Origin: Deltaproteobacteria bacterium
Lineage (GTDB): Bacteria > Desulfobacterota > Dissulfuribacteria > Dissulfuribacterales > QOAL01
Assembly: GCA_026986785.1 (NCBI GenBank)
Contig: JALSNW010000044.1
Span: 13,520-77,519, forward strand
Reading direction: 5' to 3'
DNA: 64,000 nucleotides
The notes under the pieces are model-generated. The model worked only from the letters and a program-made list of their open reading frames with translations. It searched no databases and was not told the DNA's origin. Position 1 is the stretch's first letter. Every line of letters starts with the position of its first letter. Shown piece after piece: positions 18,677 through 28,405 of the stretch. The translations under genes were made by a program, and so were the position numbers.

Positions 18677-20848
18677 TCAGACCAGACAAAGTGACGTATA
18701 ATCGAGCCTAAGGGTTTTCTCTCCTGCAAGGTCGAAAAGCACCTTCACCCTTACCCTATCCGGTACAGCCAAAACCGTGCCCTTTCCAAATATGGAATGG
18801 CGAACCCTGTCCCCAGGCTGAAAAAAACCATCAGGTCTGGCACTTGGCGCCGGGCCTTGGCGAGATCGAGCCTTCTTCTGGGGCATGGCCCTTACAGATC
18901 GCTCACTTGCCACCTGCTGTGTCTTCGTTCTCCTCTTTTGCCTTGCAAGCAACCTTTCCGGGATCTCGGTCAAGAACCTGCTTGGGCGCGCAGGCATGAG
19001 ACCAGCTCCCTGCACGTTGATAAAGGCAGGGTAACAAAAATAGAGATGATCCTTTGCCCTGGTGGAGGCTACGTAAAAAAGCCTCCTTTCCTCTTCTATC
19101 TCCTCTGGCCTGTTATCCGCCATTGGAGAGGGAAAGCGACCCTCTGCCAGGCCAATCACAAATACTACCTTCCATTCGAGCCCTTTTGCAGAATGCATGG
19201 TGGAGAGGACAACCCTGCCTGCATCTTTGTGAAGGGCGTCTTTCTCCGGGGGATCAAGGGCGAGATCTGCCAGAAATTCCACGGCATCAGGGTAATTTGC
19301 AGACATAGCCTTTAGTTGGGCCAGTTCCTGCATTCTCCTGGGATGATCATCGCTGTAGTTGTCTTCAAGATAGGGCCTGTACCAGGAGATAAGCTCATCC
19401 AGGAGCCCTGGTAACTGGCCGGAAAAATCTTTGAGGGAAACAAGGAGCTCTCCAAGATTTCTCACCTCACGGGCCCACATGGCCTTGCCTTTGAACTCCG
19501 TCAGGGCCTCCAAGGGGTCTTGGGCCTTCATCATCTGCCCAAAGACCTTATCAGCACTCTTTGGGCCCAATCTGTCCATCAGGAGAAGTACCCTATTCAG
19601 ACTCAACCTGTCCATAGGGTTTATGACCAACCTCAGGAGACAAACCAAGTCCTTTATGTGGGCAGCATCTACCAGACGCATACCACCCCGCTTTACAAAG
19701 GGGATTCCTGCATTGTTCAGCCGTGTCTCCAACTGATAAGAGTGAAAAGCAGCCCTAAAGAGCACTGCTATTTCAAAAGGCTCCACCCCTTGCTCCAGGT
19801 AATCTCGAATGGTCTGCGCCACGAATGCAGCCTGCTCATTTTCATCCATTGCGGTAAAGAGTAGGGGAGGGTGGCCACCTTGCCTGTGGGCAGTGAGCCT
19901 CTTCGTGAACTTCTGCCTGGCATTTGCAATTATGGCATTAGTGCAGTCCAAGTTTGGCTGGGTCGTCCTATAATTCTTCTCCAGTTTTATTATTCTGGTG
20001 CCGGAAAACATCCTGGGAAACTCGAGGATGTTTTTGAAATTCGCCCCCCTGAATGAATAGATGGACTGGGAATCGTCGCCCACAGCCATCACATTGGTAT
20101 GAAGAGAGGCCATAAGCCTGATGATCTCGGCCTGGGCCATATTAGTATCCTGGTACTCGTCTACCATGATGTAACGAAAGGCCTGCCCCATCTGTTCCCG
20201 TATGTGCCCGTGATTCCTCAAGACGAGTAACCACTTGAGTAAAAGATCATCATAGTCCATCAAACCATGAACGGCCTTATATTTAGTATATGCATCGAAG
20301 AGGGCGGCTATTGACTGCACATGTTCGCTCATGTGGGGATAATAGAGATCGATCACCTCGTCTATCATTGAGCCAGAGTTGGCAGCCTTGCTGAAGATGG
20401 CGCATAGGGCAGCCTTGGATGGGAATTTCTTACCCCTTCCTATCAACTCCATCTGTTTTGCCAGAAGATGGATGAGATCCTGGCTGTCCGACTGGTCCAT
20501 GATGGTGAAACCTGGAGGATAATCCACCAACTGGGCATAACGTCTCAACATCCTATGGCAGAAGCCATGAAAAGTGCCCCCTTGTACCCGTTGACATGCT
20601 CCACCTCCAAGCGATGAAGCCCTTTCCAACATGGTGGCCGCAGCCTTTCTGGTAAAGGTGAGCAGCAAGATGTTTTCAGGCCGAATCCCTTCTGTAACCA
20701 GTCTTGCTACCCTATAGACAAGGGTTCTCGTCTTTCCGCTGCCAGCCCCAGCAATGACCAGCAACGGGCCTTCATCGTGCATCACGGCCTGAAATTGACT
20801 GGGATTCAGATCCCTTTCAAAAGAAATTTCGCCTACTTCATTTTTCAT
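18677..20848 (-). CDS. SF1 ATP-dependent DNA helicase UvrD/PcrA
   Basis: AGAGSGKT, TFHGF, VDEYQD, VGDDSQSIYSFRGA, STMHSAKGLEW, EERRLFYVA, C-terminal Tudor-like GDRVRHSIFGKG. Confidence 0.95.
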   Translation of the reverse strand: MKNEVGEISFERDLNPSQFQAVMHDEGPLLVIAGAGSGKTRTLVYRVARLVTEGIRPENILLLTFTRKAAATMLERASSLGGGACQRVQGGTFHGFCHRMLRRYAQLVDYPPGFTIMDQSDSQDLIHLLAKQMELIGRGKKFPSKAALCAIFSKAANSGSMIDEVIDLYYPHMSEHVQSIAALFDAYTKYKAVHGLMDYDDLLLKWLLVLRNHGHIREQMGQAFRYIMVDEYQDTNMAQAEIIRLMASLHTNVMAVGDDSQSIYSFRGANFKNILEFPRMFSGTRIIKLEKNYRTTQPNLDCTNAIIANARQKFTKRLTAHRQGGHPPLLFTAMDENEQAAFVAQTIRDYLEQGVEPFEIAVLFRAAFHSYQLETRLNNAGIPFVKRGGMRLVDAAHIKDLVCLLRLVINPMDRLSLNRVLLLMDRLGPKSADKVFGQMMKAQDPLEALTEFKGKAMWAREVRNLGELLVSLKDFSGQLPGLLDELISWYRPYLEDNYSDDHPRRMQELAQLKAMSANYPDAVEFLADLALDPPEKDALHKDAGRVVLSTMHSAKGLEWKVVFVIGLAEGRFPSPMADNRPEEIEEERRLFYVASTRAKDHLYFCYPAFINVQGAGLMPARPSRFLTEIPERLLARQKRRTKTQQVASERSVRAMPQKKARSRQGPAPSARPDGFFQPGDRVRHSIFGKGTVLAVPDRVRVKVLFDLAGEKTLRLDYTSLCLV

Positions 20849-20989
20849 ATCAAAAAACTTTCGAGGGTGTTATTTTATCAAGCTCTCCATAGAAAAAAAC
20901 CGAGTAATTACCTCGACAGCAGCCTATTTTCTAATGGATAAAAAGTCAATGTGAGGCATTGACAACTATTGTTGAAAGGAACGCTATAG

Positions 20990-22144
20990 ATGTTGAACAT
21001 CTCAAAAGGTGCAGGAAAACTCCTTCTCCTGGCATTTATTTTTTATCTGAATTTTTTGTCGCGGATAATCGTCTCTCCTCTTCTGCCAGAGATGAAAGAA
21101 GAGCTTGGCATTAGTGCTGCTCAGGCCTCTGGTATGTTCATGGCCCTCAGCATCGGATACTTCACGGCACTTCTCGGTTCGGGATTCATATCTGCCAGGA
21201 TTGGCCACAAGAGATCTATCCTGCTGTCAATAGGCTGTGCCTCTTGCTGCCTCATGGTGATCGCCATCTCGAACAGTCTACTTGTCTTGTATTGTGGTTT
21301 TCTGGCCCTGGGACTCGCCACAGGGTTATATCTCCCATCTGGAATAGCCACCATCACCTCCCTTTTCCACAAGGACTTTTGGGGACGGGCATTTTCGGTC
21401 CACGAACTTGCTCCAAACCTTGCATTTATTACCGCGCCAATCATAGCCTCTTTTTTCCTGAACCGTTCCTCTTGGCACTATCTCATGGCCCTGTTGGCTG
21501 GGTTGTCTATCTTTACAGGGGGCGTCTTTCTATGGGTCAAGGCCGGTAATTTCAAGGGTACGGCACCAAACCTGATTTCCTGCTCCTTTTATCTGAAGAA
21601 GGAGGAGTTCTGGCTCATGACCATTCTCTTTGGGCTTGGCATCACCAGCACCCTTGGGGTTTACAATATGTTGCCTCTTTTCCTGGTAAGTGTTCACTCC
21701 ATGGCAAAAGCAGACGCCAATATGCTCGTGAGCATGTCCAGGGTGGCCACGCTATTCACTGCTGTTGCAGGAGGAATGTTGTCTGACAGATACGGCCCCA
21801 AAAACGTCATGGGCTGGATGTTACTCTTTACAGGCATAATCACCATCTCATTGGGTTTGACCGAAGGGCTGGCGCTAAAGATATCCGTATTCTTACAGCC
21901 CCTTCTTGCTGTGTGTTTCTTCCCAGCAGCCTTTGCCGCCATCTCGGAATTTTCAGGACCAGAGGATAGAAGCCTTTTGATTTCGATGGTGGTCCCTTTT
22001 GCATTCCTGGCTGGTGGTGGCCTCATGCCCTTACTGATAGGCGTGTTTGCAGATCATGGTCTCTTCTCCATAGGCTTCATGATCACTGGATTCTGCCTGG
22101 CATGCGGCTTTATCCTTGCCAGGCTGATCCCGGCCAGGAGGTAG
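20990..22144 (+). CDS. MFS transporter
   Basis: About 12 hydrophobic segments; GFISARIGHK and GMLSDRYGPK motif-A variants. Confidence 0.9.
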   Translation: MLNISKGAGKLLLLAFIFYLNFLSRIIVSPLLPEMKEELGISAAQASGMFMALSIGYFTALLGSGFISARIGHKRSILLSIGCASCCLMVIAISNSLLVLYCGFLALGLATGLYLPSGIATITSLFHKDFWGRAFSVHELAPNLAFITAPIIASFFLNRSSWHYLMALLAGLSIFTGGVFLWVKAGNFKGTAPNLISCSFYLKKEEFWLMTILFGLGITSTLGVYNMLPLFLVSVHSMAKADANMLVSMSRVATLFTAVAGGMLSDRYGPKNVMGWMLLFTGIITISLGLTEGLALKISVFLQPLLAVCFFPAAFAAISEFSGPEDRSLLISMVVPFAFLAGGGLMPLLIGVFADHGLFSIGFMITGFCLACGFILARLIPARR

Positions 22145-22150
22145 TGGGGG

Positions 22151-22750
22151 CTATTCTTCTCCATGACCATCTTTTCGCCAGTGCTTTGGGAAGAAACAGG
22201 GTACATCTTCCTTATAATCCCTGTAGGCCTGGCCAAATCTCTTCTCGAGTTCCTTCTCTTCCAATGGTATGAGCACCAATCTTGAAAGAAAAAAATCTAC
22301 CAAGGCCAGGAGGAACAAGATGGCAAAACCCGTGAAAAGGGCAGCTCCCCCAAAAATCAAAAGGTGGGCCAGGTATGTAGGATGCCGACATAGGCTGAAA
22401 GGGGCTTTCCGTTCAAGGGCAGAAGTGCTTTTCCCCAACTCTGGCAGGCCTGTTATGCGGATGCCCAAGACAATGGCTGTCCAGGCCTGGAGTACGAGGC
22501 CAGTACAAAACAGAGACCAGCCCACAAACAGAAAAGGGGCTGGCATCTGAAGCCAAAAGGATAGTAGTATTGGATGCCAATGCCAGATGATCCCTACAGC
22601 CAAGATCCATAACGCACCCTGAAGGAGATGAAGGCCCTTGCCAAGGGCCAGGCTCCAACCAGGGGCCAAGCGCAATGGTAGCCAATAGATGGGTATTATA
22701 GGCCAAGCCATCAATATAGCCATTGCTATGGATCTGTTTAATGCTTCCAA
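22151..22750 (-). CDS. ICMT/PEMT-family membrane methyltransferase
   Basis: PFSLCRHPTY, EEKELEKRFG.AY.DY..VP. Confidence 0.85.
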   Translation of the reverse strand: MEALNRSIAMAILMAWPIIPIYWLPLRLAPGWSLALGKGLHLLQGALWILAVGIIWHWHPILLSFWLQMPAPFLFVGWSLFCTGLVLQAWTAIVLGIRITGLPELGKSTSALERKAPFSLCRHPTYLAHLLIFGGAALFTGFAILFLLALVDFFLSRLVLIPLEEKELEKRFGQAYRDYKEDVPCFFPKHWRKDGHGEE

Positions 22751-22759
22751 GATGGAAGC

Positions 22760-25453
22760 TTAATGAAACACAGGCGGTTCTGACAGGTCAAGCCCCAGGG
22801 CAGCCTGTTCCAGAAGTTGTTGCCTCTTCCGGATAAAGCCTTTTGATTTTTCCAAGACTGCTGGCAGATCTAGGATAAGGGCAATGGAGCCGTCTCCCAG
22901 GATGGTCGCCCCTGCAAAGCCGGGCTGATCCATCAAGTAGTCCGATAGGGGTTTTATAACCACTTCCTGCTGGCCTATGAGGGCATCCACACCCAGACAG
23001 GCATCCAACTCACCAAGTCTTACCCTGACTGCAAAGAACTTCTCAGGTTCTGCAGGGGCCCCTGTCCCCCTGAAAATCCTTCCCAGCCGAATGAGGGGGA
23101 GTGTCTCCTGGCGTTTCGATATCATCTCATAGCCCTCGACACTGCTCACATCACGAGATGTGAGGCGAAAGGTCTCATAAACAGCTGAAATGGGCACCAC
23201 CATAGACTGCCTGCCCACCTTTACTGTAAGTCCCTTTATGATCGCAAGGGTAAGAGGGATCCTCAGCATGAACCTCGTGCCTTTGTCCTTTCGGGATTGA
23301 ACCACCACTGTCCCTCCTATCTTTTCTATATTTTTCTTGACCACATCCAGACCAACACCCCTTCCAGAGATGTCCGAGACAGAACCGGCAGTAGATATGC
23401 CTGGGATGAAGACCAGATTCCATATCTGCTCCTCGTTCATTTGTCTCAGGGCATCTGGGCTGATGACCCCAGAAGAAATGGCCTTCTTTACAATCAGATC
23501 CCTATCCAGCCCTCTTCCATCGTCTGATACGGAGATAATGACGAAGTTCCCTTCCTGGCTGGCAGAAATGGAAAGTTGTCCCTTGGAGGGCTTACCCTTC
23601 GTGTTCCTCTGATCTGGGGGTTCTATACCATGGTCTATGGCATTTCGGATTATGTGCTGGAGGGGATCTGCCAACTGCTCCATCACCTGCTTATCAAGGG
23701 CTGTATCCATACCTGTGAGCTTAAGCTCCACCTCTTTACCGAGTTTCTGGCACAGGTCCCTGACCATCCTGGGATATCTGTTGAACAGAGAACTTACCGG
23801 GAGCATACGCATGCGCATGACCCCATCCTGTAATTGATGTACCACCCTTTCCAACGCAGCCACGCTCTCAGTGAAATCAAGGAGCACGTTCTTCAGGGGC
23901 CTCAATTCCTGGACAGGCATCCGCCTCTTGTCCCTCCACCTGGAATACAACCCCTTCAACAAGATGGTGGATTGGGCCATGGATGATCTCAAAACTACGA
24001 GCTCTGCCACATCTTCCAAGAGATTTTCTACCTTTTCGAGATTCACCCTGACCAATTGACCCTGGTTACCTCTCGTATCCGAAGCTCCAGCAAAGCCCTT
24101 TAGGGGACTCAATTCTTTGCCGAATTCCTTGCCAAAATCATTCTCTTTATCAAGAGGTAGACCGTCTTGACCCATTCCCTCTATGGGAGCTGGCTGGGAA
24201 GCCTTGTCCTGGTGCCTCTGCTCGGCTACAGGCTCTCCATCTTCGAATATGGTATCTATAGCTGCATCGAAATCATCCAGCGACTCTATCCCAAAGGGCG
24301 AATCCGCTTCTTTCTGTCCAGATGCATCGATGTCCTGGAGACCATCCACGTGTTCCATCTCCGGGGTTTCAAACATCTCTTTCAGATGTGGCAGCCTGTC
24401 GCACAATCTCTCCCATAGGCCAATAAAAACCTCCCTGTCAAAATGGGATTCCCCGCTCAATTGTTCTGTTATGCACTCTTCCCATTCCTCGAGCAGATGC
24501 ACGACGTCCATATAGTCCATGTAGTTGGCAGAGGTCTTTAACTTGTCCACAGCCTCTTCACACTCTGAAATCCATTTCTCGTCCATATCCGCAGGAGGAT
24601 TGGCCAAAGGTGCCCCTACCTCTTTGAAAAAATCGAGAAAGATATGGTAGAGCTCTTTATCCTCCTCGGCCTCCACACCAGTGCCACCCAGATAATCGTC
24701 TGGCACCACATCATCCAGCTCTATCTCCTTGCTGAGGGCATCCCTGAGCTTAGAGCGCATCGCCCTTATGAATTCATCAGATCCATCTCCTTGGAAAGAT
24801 TCCCAAAGCCCTTGCCTGATATCACTTATGGCACTACGGAGCTTCTCCTTTCCTATGTAATTGGCCACACGCTCCATGTCCTGAAGCAGGATGTCCAGTG
24901 TACCTTGATCAGCATCTTGATCTTCGATGACCTTGACCAATTGTCCGTAAAGGCTTCTCATCTCCTGGGCAAAGATATTCAAAAGCTCCAGGTCTTCATC
25001 GGATTCTTCTGGCCCAGGATCTCCTTCTGGCCTTTGCTCGAAAACAGCACCGGCGGCCAAGGCTGTCTCTCCACCTACAGTGTTCTTCAACTGTTCAAGA
25101 AGGTCTTCGACATCCAGAGTCTCTTCGTGATTCTGTGCCACGTCCTCAAGTAGTTCCTTGAACCTGTCCACACACCTGAATATCGCATCAAATGCCTGCT
25201 GGTCCAGCCTGCGGCTGCCTTGACGGGCCTCGTCGAATAGGTTCTCGATAGCGTGGGCAAGAGCTGCTATTCTGCTCAAACCCATATAGTTGGCAGCCCC
25301 TTTTATACTGTGCATGTTCCTGAAACAATCATTTAAGATGGAGGAATCATCGGGCTGCTGTTCCAGCAGCAACAAGTTTGGCTCGAATTCCTGGAGGTTT
25401 TCTTCCACCTCCACAATAAAATCCTGCCACATTTCCTGATCAAAATCCTTCAT
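22760..25453 (-). CDS. cheA: Chemotaxis-type histidine kinase CheA with extra degenerate Hpt repeats
   Basis: FRNMHSIKG Hpt; RMLPV...YPRMVRD; HIIRNAIDHG, DDGRG, SGRGVGLDVV; C-terminal CheW-like domain. Confidence 0.95.
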   Translation of the reverse strand: MKDFDQEMWQDFIVEVEENLQEFEPNLLLLEQQPDDSSILNDCFRNMHSIKGAANYMGLSRIAALAHAIENLFDEARQGSRRLDQQAFDAIFRCVDRFKELLEDVAQNHEETLDVEDLLEQLKNTVGGETALAAGAVFEQRPEGDPGPEESDEDLELLNIFAQEMRSLYGQLVKVIEDQDADQGTLDILLQDMERVANYIGKEKLRSAISDIRQGLWESFQGDGSDEFIRAMRSKLRDALSKEIELDDVVPDDYLGGTGVEAEEDKELYHIFLDFFKEVGAPLANPPADMDEKWISECEEAVDKLKTSANYMDYMDVVHLLEEWEECITEQLSGESHFDREVFIGLWERLCDRLPHLKEMFETPEMEHVDGLQDIDASGQKEADSPFGIESLDDFDAAIDTIFEDGEPVAEQRHQDKASQPAPIEGMGQDGLPLDKENDFGKEFGKELSPLKGFAGASDTRGNQGQLVRVNLEKVENLLEDVAELVVLRSSMAQSTILLKGLYSRWRDKRRMPVQELRPLKNVLLDFTESVAALERVVHQLQDGVMRMRMLPVSSLFNRYPRMVRDLCQKLGKEVELKLTGMDTALDKQVMEQLADPLQHIIRNAIDHGIEPPDQRNTKGKPSKGQLSISASQEGNFVIISVSDDGRGLDRDLIVKKAISSGVISPDALRQMNEEQIWNLVFIPGISTAGSVSDISGRGVGLDVVKKNIEKIGGTVVVQSRKDKGTRFMLRIPLTLAIIKGLTVKVGRQSMVVPISAVYETFRLTSRDVSSVEGYEMISKRQETLPLIRLGRIFRGTGAPAEPEKFFAVRVRLGELDACLGVDALIGQQEVVIKPLSDYLMDQPGFAGATILGDGSIALILDLPAVLEKSKGFIRKRQQLLEQAALGLDLSEPPVFH

Positions 25454-25468
25454 GACACATACCTCTTG

Positions 25469-25828
25469 TTAGCGCTTGCCAAGCCCATCCATGATGTGGC
25501 TCAATCTTTCAGAATCGTCCTTTCCAAGGAAATCAATGGCCCCCAACTCGTTGGCCATAGAAATAACCTCTGGATCAGTAATCAGGCTCATGAAGAGAAT
25601 CCGCGCCTCTGGATCGACCTCCCGGATCATACCAGCAGCCTGGATACCATCCACACCTCTCATGGTAACATCCATAATCACCAGATCTGGGCGAAGCTTC
25701 TTGTAAAGGTCAAAACCTTCTGCACCATCCCTTGCAGTGCCTATCACATCGTGCCCAGCTTGTCTGACTATGTTGCCAATCCTCTTTCTCATGAAGCTGG
25801 AATCATCAATAATTAAGACAGTAGCCAT
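25469..25828 (-). CDS. cheY: Single-domain response regulator CheY
   Basis: IIDD, IMDVTM, FMS, GK; lies directly upstream of cheA. Confidence 0.85.
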   Translation of the reverse strand: MATVLIIDDSSFMRKRIGNIVRQAGHDVIGTARDGAEGFDLYKKLRPDLVIMDVTMRGVDGIQAAGMIREVDPEARILFMSLITDPEVISMANELGAIDFLGKDDSERLSHIMDGLGKR

Positions 25829-25846
25829 TTTATACCTTGCTATTTA

Positions 25847-27268
25847 TTATTTCTTGCCAAGAAGAGGGACTATCTCTTCTGATGGTGCAATCTGCACATC
25901 TAACCCAAGGGCCTTAATCATCTTCAATGGCTCGGGATAGAGACATGTGTCCGGGTCCTGGAGTATTATGGCCCCTGCCTTGGATGCCACGCTCTCGAGA
26001 CCCTGCACCATAGCCAGATCTATCCCGGACAGGAGAACCACGGTGAGATCCTTTTCAAAGATGGAGGCTAGTCCATGAAGAAAAAGATCAGGCTCCAAGC
26101 TGTCCAGCGACATGTCTCTATAAATACCTGCTCCGGTTTCATCGGCCTCTACCTTCCATCCCTTGTCGAGCCCAGATATCCAGGCCTGGTTACTGAGAAG
26201 TGGCGCACCTGTCTCCAAGGCCTTTACGGAAAAGGAACAGTAGCTGTCCATATAATTGGCCAGAGAAGCGGAAAAATATTGGCACATCTGCTGAAACACG
26301 ATAAGGCTTGTGGACTCCCCAAGTTGGAGCTCTGGCAAGATCTTCTGGATCTCGAGCAGACCTCCAAACCCCCCCATGATTACGATCAACCTATCGGCCG
26401 GCATACCTGGCAGAGCCTTTTCCCCTGCCATCTTGGGATTTCTGGCCCGCCTGATGTTTCTTATCTGGAATTCTGTGGCGGTCTTGATAGCATTCCCAAG
26501 CCGCTTTTCAAAAAGGTCCCAGGAATCACCTGCACCTGGTTTTGATACAAAATCCACTGCACCAAGACGTAGATATTCCATGATCTTTGCCGTGTGCTTC
26601 TCATTGAAATTACTCACCAGAAGCACTGGTGCTGGAGATCGGATCATGATGTGCTTGAGGGCTATATCCCCGGCCATGACTGGCATATTTATATCCAGGG
26701 TAATAATATCTGGCCTAGTATCGTCCAAAAACTCCAGGGCCTCCTTACCGTTTCGCGCCTCTGCTATAACCTTGGCAGAGAGGTTCTCCGTCAATACATC
26801 ACGCAGCCTGGAGATAAAAAATCTGGAGTCGTCTACAACCAGTACACCGGGCACCTGTTCGACATCGGTGTCCGAGGCGGAACCCATCTCATCCTTTCTC
26901 CTAAGAGACTCTATCAAAAGAAAATTCCACGGCACTTCAATGGTATGTTCTGGGGGTGATTCGGGAAAGAAGCGAAAGGTGCCTTGATGGAGGCACATGA
27001 TCTCATAAAAGGCCTCCTCTCCTTTCTTGTCCATTATCTGTGCGTGGACCACCTCGCCGGAAGAAAAGAATATCTCTCCCCTTGCCCCTCTGGTCTGTAC
27101 CAACAGTTTCCGATCCCTGTTCTCAAGACAGGCAAGCTGTACCAAATCGGATAGGTTTATATCCACCATGAAACCACTGAAACCCGTCTCAGTACCAGTG
27201 TTTGTATCCGAAACGTTTGTTTGTATCAGTTCCTGTGAATCAAGGTCGAGAACAGTCATACCTTCCAC
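25847..27268 (-). CDS. DUF4388(PATAN-like)-REC-pseudo-CheB fusion
   Basis: GFSG..LSDLVQL..GEIFF..GEVVHA..GEEAFYEI DUF4388 pattern; intact REC (VVDD, LDINMP, KP); CheB-like C-terminus without catalytic triad. Confidence 0.8.
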   Translation of the reverse strand: MEGMTVLDLDSQELIQTNVSDTNTGTETGFSGFMVDINLSDLVQLACLENRDRKLLVQTRGARGEIFFSSGEVVHAQIMDKKGEEAFYEIMCLHQGTFRFFPESPPEHTIEVPWNFLLIESLRRKDEMGSASDTDVEQVPGVLVVDDSRFFISRLRDVLTENLSAKVIAEARNGKEALEFLDDTRPDIITLDINMPVMAGDIALKHIMIRSPAPVLLVSNFNEKHTAKIMEYLRLGAVDFVSKPGAGDSWDLFEKRLGNAIKTATEFQIRNIRRARNPKMAGEKALPGMPADRLIVIMGGFGGLLEIQKILPELQLGESTSLIVFQQMCQYFSASLANYMDSYCSFSVKALETGAPLLSNQAWISGLDKGWKVEADETGAGIYRDMSLDSLEPDLFLHGLASIFEKDLTVVLLSGIDLAMVQGLESVASKAGAIILQDPDTCLYPEPLKMIKALGLDVQIAPSEEIVPLLGKK

Positions 27269-28341
27269 TTGCTAAGCCTGCCAGCAATCTCGGCAGAGCC
27301 ACTACTTTCTGCATTAAACTTGTCCATGATATGAAGGGGCAAAAATGGGGCAAGGCAACTGGACGGGTTCTGAACGAGGAGTGTGCCTCCTCCTCTGAGC
27401 ACCTCTTTTGCTCCGGTCATGCCATGGCTGTTGTCACCAGAGACAAAAACAGCGAGACAATCCCTTCCAAATGCCTCACTGGCAGAAAGGAGGATGAGAT
27501 CGATTGCCCCTTCATTGTCTGCCTTTATCGGCCTTTGTCTTACCAGCATGTCCCACTCGGCCCCATCCTTTTCAAAGGTGCCGGTCTGGTCACTGGCAAG
27601 AAAATATACACTTCCTGGCATGAGGCGCACCTGCTTCTCTGGCACAACCAAGGGGACGGCGGCAAAGGGACGCAGATAATCTACAAAGGCATTGAGATTT
27701 TCCTTGGAGGTACCCAGAGACACGACCACGGGGATATCCATGGCCCCTGAAAGATGGGGAACTATGGAGAGAATAGACGAATACCCGCCAGTAGAGCCAT
27801 GAATTACGGCAAGTGCCTTAACGTTCTCGCCGGATCTCTCCTTGTTTTCGGTCTGCATCGATCTTCTAACCGGCCTGATGCGTAGGTAACGGGCGGCCTC
27901 CACCTGGACCCTGGAGGCCCGCTTCAGCCTGGAACATAAAAGCTCGGCCTGGCTCTTTAGCTCCTCGTCTCCGTTTCTCGTTGGCTTTTTGAAAAAATCC
28001 ACGGCCCCGAATCTGAGGGCCTCAAAGGTCACCCTGGAACCGTCTCCTGTAAATGCACTTACCATGAGAGTGGGAATAGGATACCTGACCATGATATTCT
28101 TCAACACAGTCAGGCCATTCATCCCTGGCATGTGCACGTCCAGGGTACAGACATCAAAGCCACCTGCCGAAAGCTTGTTTAAGGCCTCTTGGCCATTCAA
28201 GGCCCTTGATTGAACCTGAATCTGATCGTCTTCTCCTAATATCTGTTCCAGGGCCTTACACATCATTGGGGAATCGTCAACGATAAGGACCTTGATCTTT
28301 CCGTCAATACCCTTGCTTGCTGTCAACATCTCTTGCGCCAT
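27256..28341 (-). CDS. CheB-like protein (REC + degenerate methylesterase)
   Basis: IVDD, LDVHMP, FFKKP; GSTGG kept but His and Asp motifs lost; start uncertain (ORF opens at 28389). Confidence 0.8.
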   Translation of the reverse strand: MAQEMLTASKGIDGKIKVLIVDDSPMMCKALEQILGEDDQIQVQSRALNGQEALNKLSAGGFDVCTLDVHMPGMNGLTVLKNIMVRYPIPTLMVSAFTGDGSRVTFEALRFGAVDFFKKPTRNGDEELKSQAELLCSRLKRASRVQVEAARYLRIRPVRRSMQTENKERSGENVKALAVIHGSTGGYSSILSIVPHLSGAMDIPVVVSLGTSKENLNAFVDYLRPFAAVPLVVPEKQVRLMPGSVYFLASDQTGTFEKDGAEWDMLVRQRPIKADNEGAIDLILLSASEAFGRDCLAVFVSGDNSHGMTGAKEVLRGGGTLLVQNPSSCLAPFLPLHIMDKFNAESSGSAEIAGRLSKWKV

Positions 28342-28405
28342 ATCTGACCATCCACTGTTTTTCTCATCTTGCAAACAAAGCAAAACCATCTATCATAGCC
28401 ATCCT

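Noticed and set aside
20945..20963. GTCAATG-N5-CATTGAC inverted repeat between uvrD and the MFS gene
   Set aside because: Can be explained by two divergent TTGAC -35 elements; no regulator assignable
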